From NCBI RefSeq assembly GCF_000010625.1, contig NC_010296.1:3750001-3782000 (forward strand): a DNA stretch of 32,000 nucleotides, in the 5' to 3' direction. This document shows positions 24,694 through 32,000 of the stretch, in pieces. The position numbers and the translations under genes were made by a program. The notes under the pieces are model-generated. The model did no database searches. It was not told where the DNA came from and worked only from the letters and a program-made list of their open reading frames with translations. How positions within the stretch are numbered: position 1 is the stretch's first letter; each line of letters opens with the position of its first letter. Origin of the DNA: Microcystis aeruginosa NIES-843. Lineage in GTDB: Bacteria; Cyanobacteriota; Cyanobacteriia; Cyanobacteriales; Microcystaceae.

Positions 24694-25842
24694 GAAGTCC
24701 TCAAGATTATTGATCATCTAAGACTCGCAGAATTGCAAAATTATCTGGGAAATGACTGTTTTTTGCGGATTGATGCCCCTGTTTCTCAGCCTATATCTGC
24801 TTTTCCTCAGACGGCAATTATTAATTATTTAATGTTTCAAGAGAAAACAGCAATCATTATAACTTTACCCGATGAAAGTATAAAAATTCACTGGATTAAT
24901 CAGAATAAAGCCAATATTATCGAAAATATTGCTCAATTTCGTCAAAATCTCTTAGATGGGTTTTTAACTCTAGGTGATTATGACACAAGCTTATCTGAAA
25001 CCCTCTATAGTCAGATAATTCGTCCTTTTGAGACTGATTTACAGGAATACGACATAAAAAACTTAGTTTTTATCCAAGATAGTCCTTTTCGCCCCATCCC
25101 TATGGCTGCTTTACATGATGGTAAACAATTTCTGATCGAAAAATATGCTGTCTCTACTACCCCTAGTTTATCCTTAACCTTTCTGCAAAAAAGAACCTTA
25201 TCTGACAATAAAACGTTAATTTTAGGAGTCACCGAAGAAAGTCAAATTGATGGTCAAATTTTTCCTTCTTTAGATAATATTCCCCTTGAAATTGCCACCA
25301 TTTCCCAACAATTTCCTAATCATCAACTGCTAGTTAATCAACAATTTAACCCCCAAACCCTCACCCAAACATTAGATAATGCTGACTACTCCATTATTCA
25401 TATTGCCACCCATGCTCAATTTGGGACAATTCCAGATGACACCTTTCTGGTGGCGGGAAATAATGATAAAATAGCCCTTAAAAGTCTTGAAAATACCTTA
25501 AGACTGCTTGAATCAGGCTCTAACTCTGTTGAACTTCTCACCTTAACCGCCTGTGAAACCGCAGAAGGAGACGAACGATCTGCGCTAGGATTAGCAGGAG
25601 TAGCAATACAAGCAGGGGTTCAAAGTGCGATTGCGTCTTTATGGCCAGTTTCTGATCAATCTACGTTACAATTAATATTGGCTTTTTATGACAATTTAAT
25701 TAATTCAGGGGTTAATAAAGCAGAAGCCTTAAGAGAGGCTCAAATCCAATTAATTCAAGCTCAAAGTAATCCAGATATTAATAATCAGTATAGTCATCCC
25801 GTTTATTGGTCTTCTTTTATCTTAATTGGAAATTGGTTATAA
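24670..25842 (+). CDS. TPR-CHAT protein, C-terminal fragment carrying the CHAT caspase-like domain
   Basis: After 8 IS-derived codons the frame continues EVLKIIDHLRLAELQNYLG. The caspase-like dyad contexts are YSIIHIATHAQFG (His) and ELLTLTACETAEG (Cys). The ending HPVYWSSFILIGNW is typical of CHAT domains. Confidence 0.9.
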   Translation: MHNNSRRAEVLKIIDHLRLAELQNYLGNDCFLRIDAPVSQPISAFPQTAIINYLMFQEKTAIIITLPDESIKIHWINQNKANIIENIAQFRQNLLDGFLTLGDYDTSLSETLYSQIIRPFETDLQEYDIKNLVFIQDSPFRPIPMAALHDGKQFLIEKYAVSTTPSLSLTFLQKRTLSDNKTLILGVTEESQIDGQIFPSLDNIPLEIATISQQFPNHQLLVNQQFNPQTLTQTLDNADYSIIHIATHAQFGTIPDDTFLVAGNNDKIALKSLENTLRLLESGSNSVELLTLTACETAEGDERSALGLAGVAIQAGVQSAIASLWPVSDQSTLQLILAFYDNLINSGVNKAEALREAQIQLIQAQSNPDINNQYSHPVYWSSFILIGNWL

Positions 25843-25910
25843 ACATTAGACTTCCTGCGGAAGTCAGGCAATAGGAACTCATGCAACAGGCAACAGAAAG
25901 AAGAATAGAT

Positions 25911-26044
25911 GGCTCTCCTCGACTTTGTGTGATAATCAGTGCTTATCATTCGTAGGAGTCTTCCTAGGCAAGGCTTTGAAGACTATATTTTTTTTGAAAA
26001 ATTATCCCTATTCTTCTTCCTTCCACACAGAAACGAGAAGAGCC
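25911..26044. mobile_element. 134-bp MITE, copy B (same family as 13267-13397)
   Basis: It starts ggctctcctcgac and ends cgagaagagcc. It is collinear with copy A apart from a few substitutions and a short T-run indel. AATAGA occurs next to both ends as an imperfect flanking duplication. Confidence 0.7.
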
Positions 26045-26564
26045 AATAGAATGCTTTCAGCATCAGGATTGATTACTTTTTGACTTGTGCAAGAGGTTCA
26101 ATTTCCTTTTTTACTTTTGACTGGGTACAAGACATCCTTGAAGTCAACGACAGTTCAGTTTGTTACTAGAATCTAGTTCACAAAAATAGATTAGATCATT
26201 GTTTTTAGCAGGGGATTTTTTAACCTCAGTGGGTGTGGATAAATCAGACGTGACAGGGGTTACAGCCGTTGGTGCTAGTTCTGAAAGTACCATGGTTATT
26301 CATTCCTCGTAGTTCGATTTTTACTTTGATAATTAATCAATTCACCGAGGCCGATTAAAATTCTAGAAACTAGCAGAATGAGAGTCTCTTGATTAAGAAA
26401 ATATCCCGTAGAGGCTGTTAAAGAGTTACTGTTTTCTTGTCAGTTAAATTTTGTTAAGATAATGCCCAAAAACTACAATTGATGGCAGAAAAAGAGATAA
26501 GTCGAAACCGAGTTTGATTTTTGCTTACTCTAAATCAGAAAGAGCATTGGGCAAGATTAGCTAA

Positions 26565-27053
26565 CTATCCCTTTTTTGCCTCTTCCAGGTCATGATAATG
26601 CTGATAAGCGCCGATTTCGGGGTTAAAGGGGGCGATTTCTTCATTTACAGCTAATCCCAAACCTTCTAACATTGCTTGTAGGACAGAATCGGGGGCCAGA
26701 CGGAGATAATCGGGATTAATTTCTAAGGCTACATGACGATTACCGAGGTGATAGGCAGCTTTGAGGAGTAAATCGGTTGAAGGAGCAGTAATAGTGATAA
26801 CTGGTTCTGGTTTAGCAATTATTTGAATAATTTCGCCGTTTTCCCCCCGCAGGAAATCGCGGTCCTGTAGAATTGTGCCGCGGGGTAAACGAAAACAGAG
26901 GGAAAAACCTTCGGGACTGTCGAGACGATAACGGCTGCGGGTGCGTTCTTCGGCCGTGAGTAGAAGGCTAAAAAGTACCGTTTCTGGGGGGGGTGAACTA
27001 GCGGTATGACGGGGGGGTAAGCGCTCGGTAAAAGTTAACATGGTAGTGGTCAA
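26565..27053 (-). CDS. ureE: urease accessory protein UreE
   Basis: 162-aa ORF with LTAEERTRSRYRL, the KAAYHLGNRHVAL signature and a His-containing C-terminus (YQHYHD). Confidence 0.85.
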   Translation of the reverse strand: MTTTMLTFTERLPPRHTASSPPPETVLFSLLLTAEERTRSRYRLDSPEGFSLCFRLPRGTILQDRDFLRGENGEIIQIIAKPEPVITITAPSTDLLLKAAYHLGNRHVALEINPDYLRLAPDSVLQAMLEGLGLAVNEEIAPFNPEIGAYQHYHDLEEAKKG

Positions 27054-27118
27054 TAGGAAAAAACATTCTTAATTGTAGCCCTGACTCCAGCTTGACCCGA
27101 AAAACTGAGGAACTTTTT

Positions 27119-27637
27119 CTATTTATTCTCCCGCTGCAGACGAATCATCTCATTTTGCACCCGTCGTCTCAAGTTATTATCGGTACGAATCCGGTTAGTA
27201 ATGGCGTTAAATTGAGATGCGGTGAAGCCATTATCTTTGACAATCTCTTTTGACTTATTACAATAATCGACGGCAATTCTTTGGGCATTAGCTGGAAGAT
27301 TATTAAAGCTTTCCCGTTGGTTACAGGTAATTGCCGGGGGACTTTTGCCTAAAATTTGCGAAATTTCCTCATAAGCTTGTTTTCTTTGGATTTCGATCGA
27401 CAAAACTGCTTTGGCATAACGTTTGATTTGGTCAGCCGTAAAATCTTGAGTATAAGCGGAGGACTGAAAACTAACCACCTCCGTCGTCCAAGAAAATTCG
27501 GGAATCACACCGCCAAGAATGGCGATTACTGCCAAAAAAGTCACAATAAAAGAACGTCTTAAGCTTTGACCTAGATCGGCTAGGGGATAGCAGTAAATCA
27601 CCATGCGAGTTTGTCGCTGAATAGATAATGATAGCAA
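27119..27637 (-). CDS. DUF4168 domain-containing protein
   Basis: It has two repeated helical modules (FTADQIKRYAKAVLSIEIQRKQAYEEI and FTASQFNAITNRIRTDNNLRRRVQNEMIRLQ). The track start is TTG, and an ATG at 27604 is the likelier start. Confidence 0.7.
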   Translation of the reverse strand: MLSLSIQRQTRMVIYCYPLADLGQSLRRSFIVTFLAVIAILGGVIPEFSWTTEVVSFQSSAYTQDFTADQIKRYAKAVLSIEIQRKQAYEEISQILGKSPPAITCNQRESFNNLPANAQRIAVDYCNKSKEIVKDNGFTASQFNAITNRIRTDNNLRRRVQNEMIRLQRENK

Positions 27638-28152
27638 ACTTTCCAGTTAAATCCTGCTTTTTTGAATATTTTTAACGATCATAAGTTCCAATTCTAGCCA
27701 ATATCTCCTGGGCCCGAACTTAATTTTTGGGCAGAAATTGCTTTGGTAAACTTTTTTAACGTTTCTAGGGGCAAAATTAGTCAAAAATCTTTGAGAGAAC
27801 CGATGAACGATTTTTGGGAAGTTAGGATACCTATCGCTTTTAGAGAATATTTATCGGCAATTTAGCCAGCTAATCTCTTTTTATTAGCTTATATCGCTGT
27901 TAATCTCTCGCTTATTTCCTTTTGTGTCTCCCCGTGGCGGGGAATCGAGAGGAAATCTAGATAAATTAAAGGTTTCAGCGATCCCGATCGAGACAATTCC
28001 CGCTTAGAATAATGCAGTGGAATATATAGCCAATGAGGATTTGAGGCATTATTTAGTGATCTCGATCCTGGCGAGTCCTCAAGAGGGGAACCATAATAAA
28101 CTACTGACAACCACCCTAAACTCAGAAAAACCGCAAAAAAAGGAGTTAGCGC

Positions 28153-28437
28153 ATGAATAAAGGTGAATTAATCGATCAAATCGCTCTCAAAGCCTCTGTC
28201 ACCAAAAAACAAGCAGATGCTGTTCTCACTGCCGCCATCGAGACCATTATCGAAGCGGTTTCTGAGGGGGACAAAGTAACCCTAGTAGGATTCGGTTCCT
28301 TCGAGGCCCGGGAACGTCAGGCCAGGGAAGGACGCAACCCGAAAACCGGCGATAAGATGGAGATTCCGGCCACTCGCGTCCCGGCTTTCTCGGCCGGTAA
28401 ACTGTTTAAAGACAGAGTGGCCCCGGATAAGGAATAA
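28153..28437 (+). CDS. hup: HU family DNA-binding protein
   Basis: 94-aa ORF beginning MNKGELIDQIA, with GFGSFEARERQAREGRNPKTGDKMEIPA, the HU/IHF arm signature. AAGGAG lies 8 nt upstream of the ATG. Confidence 0.95.
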   Translation: MNKGELIDQIALKASVTKKQADAVLTAAIETIIEAVSEGDKVTLVGFGSFEARERQAREGRNPKTGDKMEIPATRVPAFSAGKLFKDRVAPDKE

Positions 28438-28462
28438 TTACTGTTGAGTTTCGTTCTCGCGT

Positions 28463-28483
28463 AGCGAGCGCAAAGCGTTCGCT
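28463..28483 (+). terminator. possible hairpin between hup and the cobD-like gene
   Basis: agcgagcgc aaa gcgttcgct forms a 9-bp stem with one mismatch, followed by gtaagtctttt. It is weak and may only attenuate. Confidence 0.3.
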
Positions 28484-28492
28484 GTAAGTCTT

Positions 28493-29572
28493 TTGCCTAG
28501 ACCTAAACATGGTGGTAATCTTGACTGGGCGGCCGCCATTGCCGGCTGTCCGGTTTCCTCTATTCTCGATTTTTCTGCCAGTATCAACCCCCTCGGTCCG
28601 CCAGAAAGCGCCCTAACCGCTATTAAAAACCATTTAACCAGTCTGACTCGTTATCCTGACCCCGGGTATTGGCAGTTGCGTTCTGCCCTCGCTCAATGGC
28701 ATGATATCGGGCCGGATTGGATTCTCCCCGGCAATGGTGCGGCCGAGTTATTAACCTGGGCCGGTCGGGAATTAGCAGCATTTGATAGTGTTTATGTACT
28801 AAAACCCGCTTTTAACGATTACGAACGGGCTTTAAAAAGTTTTGGTGGAAACATCTGCCAACATTCCCTAGATTTAACCACTTTAAAGCCGGTTAATCCC
28901 GAAAAACAAGGCTTATTACTCAATAATCCCCACAATCCCACGGGGAAACTCTGGACGGTGGCGGCCATTCGTCCCTATCTATCGCAATTTGGTTTGGTGG
29001 TAGTGGATGAAGCTTTTATGGATTTTTTACCCCCGCAACAACAGGAGAGTTTAATATCTCTCTTGCCGGAATATCCCAATCTCGTGATTGTGCGTTCCCT
29101 AACTAAATTTTACAGTCTCCCCGGTTTACGTCTAGGATACGTCCTCGCTCATCCCGATCGCCTGTTACAATGGCAAAGATGGCGCGATCCTTGGTCGGTG
29201 AATAATTTGGCCGTGGTTGCCGCTATTGCGGGAATTGAAGATAGGGATTTTCAACAACAAACTTGGGATTGGTTAACGGCGGCCCGCGAGGATTTATGGC
29301 AGGGATTAGCTAATTTTCCGCAATTACAGCCCCAAACCAGTGCCGCTAACTTCCTCTTAGTACAATCTCAATCTTCCTGTTTACCCCTACAGGAAGCTTT
29401 ATTAAAATATCATCGAATTTTCATCCGCGATTGTCTCAGTTTCCCCGAATTGGGTAGCAATTATTTTCGGGTCGCTGTCCGTTTACCGGCAGAAAATCAA
29501 CGATTATTATCGGCTTTAGAGAGTATTTTAGCCGCGTCTGATATTAACAACAAAAAGGCTCCCGCCAACTAG
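28493..29572 (+). CDS. cobD: threonine-phosphate decarboxylase (CobD-type class I/II aminotransferase fold)
   Basis: 359-aa ORF with a TTG start in the track. It has an N-terminal HGGN motif, LNNPHNPTG, and the PLP-lysine context SLTKFYSLPGLRLGY. Confidence 0.75.
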   Translation: MPRPKHGGNLDWAAAIAGCPVSSILDFSASINPLGPPESALTAIKNHLTSLTRYPDPGYWQLRSALAQWHDIGPDWILPGNGAAELLTWAGRELAAFDSVYVLKPAFNDYERALKSFGGNICQHSLDLTTLKPVNPEKQGLLLNNPHNPTGKLWTVAAIRPYLSQFGLVVVDEAFMDFLPPQQQESLISLLPEYPNLVIVRSLTKFYSLPGLRLGYVLAHPDRLLQWQRWRDPWSVNNLAVVAAIAGIEDRDFQQQTWDWLTAAREDLWQGLANFPQLQPQTSAANFLLVQSQSSCLPLQEALLKYHRIFIRDCLSFPELGSNYFRVAVRLPAENQRLLSALESILAASDINNKKAPAN

Positions 29573-29581
29573 ACGGGAGCC
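29557..29581 (-). terminator. rho-independent terminator of psbC
   Basis: On the minus strand GGCTCCCG tctagttgg CGGGAGCC is followed by TTTTTGTTGTT, 23 nt after the psbC stop. The cobD TAG stop (29570-29572) lies in the loop. Confidence 0.7.
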
Positions 29582-29603
29582 GCTGCCATCGAACTAAGGG
29601 AAA

Positions 29604-30986
29604 TTAGTCGAGGTCAGGCATTGCCAATGCGGGTTCAGTCTCGCGGTCAATTCCTTTCTCGAAACCGGCGGCGGCGGCGCGAGCGCGTCCAGCGTGCCAG
29701 AGGTGTCCAATCAGGAAGAAGAAGGCGAGGGTGAAGTGAGAGGTAGCCAACCAAGCGCGAGGAGACACATAGTTAAACGAGTTAACGTCAGTGATAACCC
29801 CACCCACAGAGTTCAAGGAACCTAAAGGAGCGTGGGTCATGTATTCAGCCGCGCGGCGGACTTGCCAGGGTTGTACGTCATTTCTGATTTTGTCGAGGTC
29901 TAAACCGTTAGGACCGCGGAGGGGTTCTAACCAGGGACCGCGGAAATCCCAGAAACGCATGGTTTCACCACCGAAGATGATTTCACCAGTGGGAGAGCGC
30001 ATCAGGTATTTACCTAGACCGGTGGGGCCTTGGGCAGAAGCGACGTTAGCGCCTAAGCGTTGGTCACGCACCAAGAAGGTGAAAGCTTGAGCTTGGGAAG
30101 CTTCCATACCGGTCGGACCGTAGAATTCACTGGGATAGGCGGTGTTGTTAAACCAAACGTAAACGGCGGCGATAAAGCCCATCATGGAAAGAGCGCCCAA
30201 GCTGTAGGACAGATAGGCTTCTCCAGACCAGATGAAAGCGCGGCGCGCCCAGGCAAAAGGTTTGGTGAGAATGTGCCAGATACCGCCAGCGATACAGATT
30301 AAGCCAATCCAGATGTGACCGCCGATGATATCTTCCATGTTGTTGACGCTGATAATCCAGCCTTCGCCACCGAAAGGAGCTTTGGTCAGATAACCAAAGA
30401 TAACTGCGGGGTTGAGGGTAGGATTGGTGATGATGCGGACATCACCGCCACCAGGGGCCCAGGTATCATAGACACCGCCAAAGAACATGGCTTTAAATAC
30501 CAACAACAGCGCACCACAACCCAAGAGAATCAGGTGATAACCGATGATGTTGGTCATTTGGTTTTTGTCTTTCCAGTCGTAACCGAAGAAATTAGAGTAT
30601 TCCTCTAGGGTTTCCGGTCCGCGGATAGCGTGGTAGATACCACCAAAACCGAGTACAGCCGAAGAAATTAAGTGCAGAACACCAGCGACGAAGTAGGGGA
30701 AGGTATCGACTACTTCACCACCCGGACCGACCCCAAAACCGAGGGTAGCTAAGTGGGGAAGCAGGATTAAACCCTGTTCGTACATCGGTTTTTCGGGGAT
30801 AAAGTGGGCGGTTTCAAACAGGGTCATTGCCCCGGCCCAGAAAACGATTAAACCAGCGTGAGCGACGTGAGCGCCGAGCAGTTTACCGGAGAGGTTGATA
30901 AGACGAGCGTTACCAGACCACCAAGCGAAGCCGGTGGAACTTTGGTCACGACCGGTAGCGGTAGGGATATTAGAGAGCGTTACCAC
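29604..30986 (-). CDS. psbC: photosystem II CP43 reaction centre protein
   Basis: 460-aa ORF with a GTG start at 30986. It reads [57 protein letters not shown], unmistakable CP43 sequence. It overlaps the end of psbD by 17 nt. Confidence 0.97.
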   Translation of the reverse strand: MVTLSNIPTATGRDQSSTGFAWWSGNARLINLSGKLLGAHVAHAGLIVFWAGAMTLFETAHFIPEKPMYEQGLILLPHLATLGFGVGPGGEVVDTFPYFVAGVLHLISSAVLGFGGIYHAIRGPETLEEYSNFFGYDWKDKNQMTNIIGYHLILLGCGALLLVFKAMFFGGVYDTWAPGGGDVRIITNPTLNPAVIFGYLTKAPFGGEGWIISVNNMEDIIGGHIWIGLICIAGGIWHILTKPFAWARRAFIWSGEAYLSYSLGALSMMGFIAAVYVWFNNTAYPSEFYGPTGMEASQAQAFTFLVRDQRLGANVASAQGPTGLGKYLMRSPTGEIIFGGETMRFWDFRGPWLEPLRGPNGLDLDKIRNDVQPWQVRRAAEYMTHAPLGSLNSVGGVITDVNSFNYVSPRAWLATSHFTLAFFFLIGHLWHAGRARAAAAGFEKGIDRETEPALAMPDLD

Positions 30987-32000
30987 GCGGGAGAACCTCC
31001 TCAGGGAAGATAAAGTTTTCGTGGGGTTGGTCTTGGGGAGCCATCCAAGCTCTCAGACCTTCGTTAAGCAGAATATTTTTAGTGTAGAAGGTTTCAAATT
31101 CCGGGTCTTCCGCCGCTCTCAATTCCTGAGAAACGAAGTCATAGGCCCGGAGGTTAAGCGCTAATCCAACCACACCCACAGCACTCATCCATAAACCAGT
31201 CACGGGGACAAAGAGCATGAAGAAGTGTAACCAACGTTTGTTGGAGAAAGCGATGCCGAAGATTTGCGACCAGAAACGGTTCGCAGTGACCATGGAGTAG
31301 GTTTCTTCCGCTTGGGTGGGTTCAAAAGCTCGGAAAGTGTTGGAACCTTCACCGTCTTCAAACAGGGTATTTTCTACGGTCGCTCCGTGAATAGCACAGA
31401 GAAGCGCACCACCGAGGATACCGGCTACACCCATCATGTGGAAGGGGTTGAGGGTCCAGTTGTGGAAGCCTTGGAAGAAGAGAATAAAACGGAAGATACC
31501 AGCCACGCCGAAGCTAGGGGCAAAGAACCAGCTAGACTGACCGAGGGGGTACATCAGGAAGACACTGACGAACACCGCAATCGGACCGGAGAAGGCGAGG
31601 GCGTTGTAGGGACGAATGCCGACTAAACGGGCGATTTCAAACTGACGTAGCATGAAGCCAATCAAGCCGAAAGCACCGTGGAGAGCGACAAAGGGCCATA
31701 AACCGCCGATTTGACACCAACGGGTGAAGTTACCTTGGGCTTCCGGTCCCCAGAGAAAGAGGATGGAGTGGCCGAAGGCATCGGCGGGGGTGGAGACGGC
31801 TACAGTCAGGAAGTTGCCGCCTTCCAGGTAGGAACTGGCTAACCCGTGGGTGTACCAGGAGGTGACGAAGGTGGTGCCGGTTAACCATCCACCTAGGGCC
31901 ATGAAGGCGCAGGGGAAGAGTAGTAAACCAGACCAACCGATGAAGACGAAACGGTCTCTTTTGAGCCAGTCATCGAGAGCATCAAACAGCCCTCTTTCTG
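30970..32000 (-). CDS. psbD: photosystem II D2 protein (5' end beyond right window edge)
   Basis: The frame stays open to the window edge. Sequence upstream of the track's Met reads [41 protein letters not shown], canonical D2. It ends PRGNAL*. Confidence 0.97.
   Translation of the reverse strand, partial: ERGLFDALDDWLKRDRFVFIGWSGLLLFPCAFMALGGWLTGTTFVTSWYTHGLASSYLEGGNFLTVAVSTPADAFGHSILFLWGPEAQGNFTRWCQIGGLWPFVALHGAFGLIGFMLRQFEIARLVGIRPYNALAFSGPIAVFVSVFLMYPLGQSSWFFAPSFGVAGIFRFILFFQGFHNWTLNPFHMMGVAGILGGALLCAIHGATVENTLFEDGEGSNTFRAFEPTQAEETYSMVTANRFWSQIFGIAFSNKRWLHFFMLFVPVTGLWMSAVGVVGLALNLRAYDFVSQELRAAEDPEFETFYTKNILLNEGLRAWMAPQDQPHENFIFPEEVLPRGNAL

Noticed and set aside
21767-25842. TPR-CHAT as a CRISPR-associated (type III-E Csx29-like) protease
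   Set aside because: There is no CRISPR repeat array or cas gene anywhere in the window. The protein has an N-terminal signal anchor and sits with secretion genes.
13267-26044. The 131/134-bp direct repeats read as attL/attR of an integrated island
   Set aside because: Each copy has its own terminal inverted repeats and its own different short flanking duplication (AACTTT versus AATAGA). They are therefore independent MITE insertions rather than a duplicated integration site. No integrase or tRNA is present.
27889-28110. Minus-strand ORF 27889-28110 in the region upstream of hup
   Set aside because: It has no Shine-Dalgarno sequence, an unremarkable sequence and an odd composition. The region is more plausibly the hup promoter or 5' leader.
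29791-31936. ORFs 29791-30090, 30060-30302, 30315-30608, 30895-31164, 31264-31626 (+) and 31730-31936 (-)
   Set aside because: These are shadow ORFs within or antisense to psbC and psbD, whose identities are unambiguous.

Overview
Cyanobacterial chromosomal window. Evidence: psbD-psbC, a GUN4-domain gene, and HIP1 GCGATCGC palindromes at 2723, 8776, 9549, 14032, 16226 and 22196. The IS/MITE load and composition remind me of Microcystis, but I cannot verify that. Housekeeping genes are pyrB (8903-9883), ureE, a DUF4168 gene, HU, cobD-like, psbC and partial psbD (26.5-32 kb), plus an efflux adaptor, an AllA-like cupin and a GUN4-domain gene (6-8.8 kb). Two accessory regions stand out. (1) 1-5.4 kb is a minus-strand operon. 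It encodes a membrane protein with what looks like one vWA domain nested inside another, five Gly-rich TM segments and a C-terminal FHA-like domain. It also encodes an acidic hypothetical protein, a second vWA protein that runs off the window edge, and an AT-rich dynamin-like GTPase gene. The GTPase gene is preceded by a diverged copy of the vWA gene's promoter and signal-anchor 5' end. (2) 10.6-26 kb is an AT-rich block between pyrB and ureE. It carries a LuxR-type response regulator, a TpsB/ShlB outer-membrane transporter, a CHASE2 histidine kinase, a DUF928 protein, a TpsA-type filamentous-hemagglutinin-like exoprotein and a TPR-CHAT caspase-like protease. It also carries two small exported-looking proteins that share an identical 49-bp upstream element. 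This gene set looks like one envelope or secretion system with no function I can assign. Here tpsB is split by a 163-bp MITE and the CHAT gene by a 1422-bp ISL3-family IS, both with perfect 8-bp target duplications and in-frame restorable junctions. Four MITE-like elements, decayed toxin-antitoxin remnants and a Uma2 nuclease gene are also present. I saw no tRNA, rRNA or CRISPR array. All domain calls come from motif recognition by eye, not database searches.
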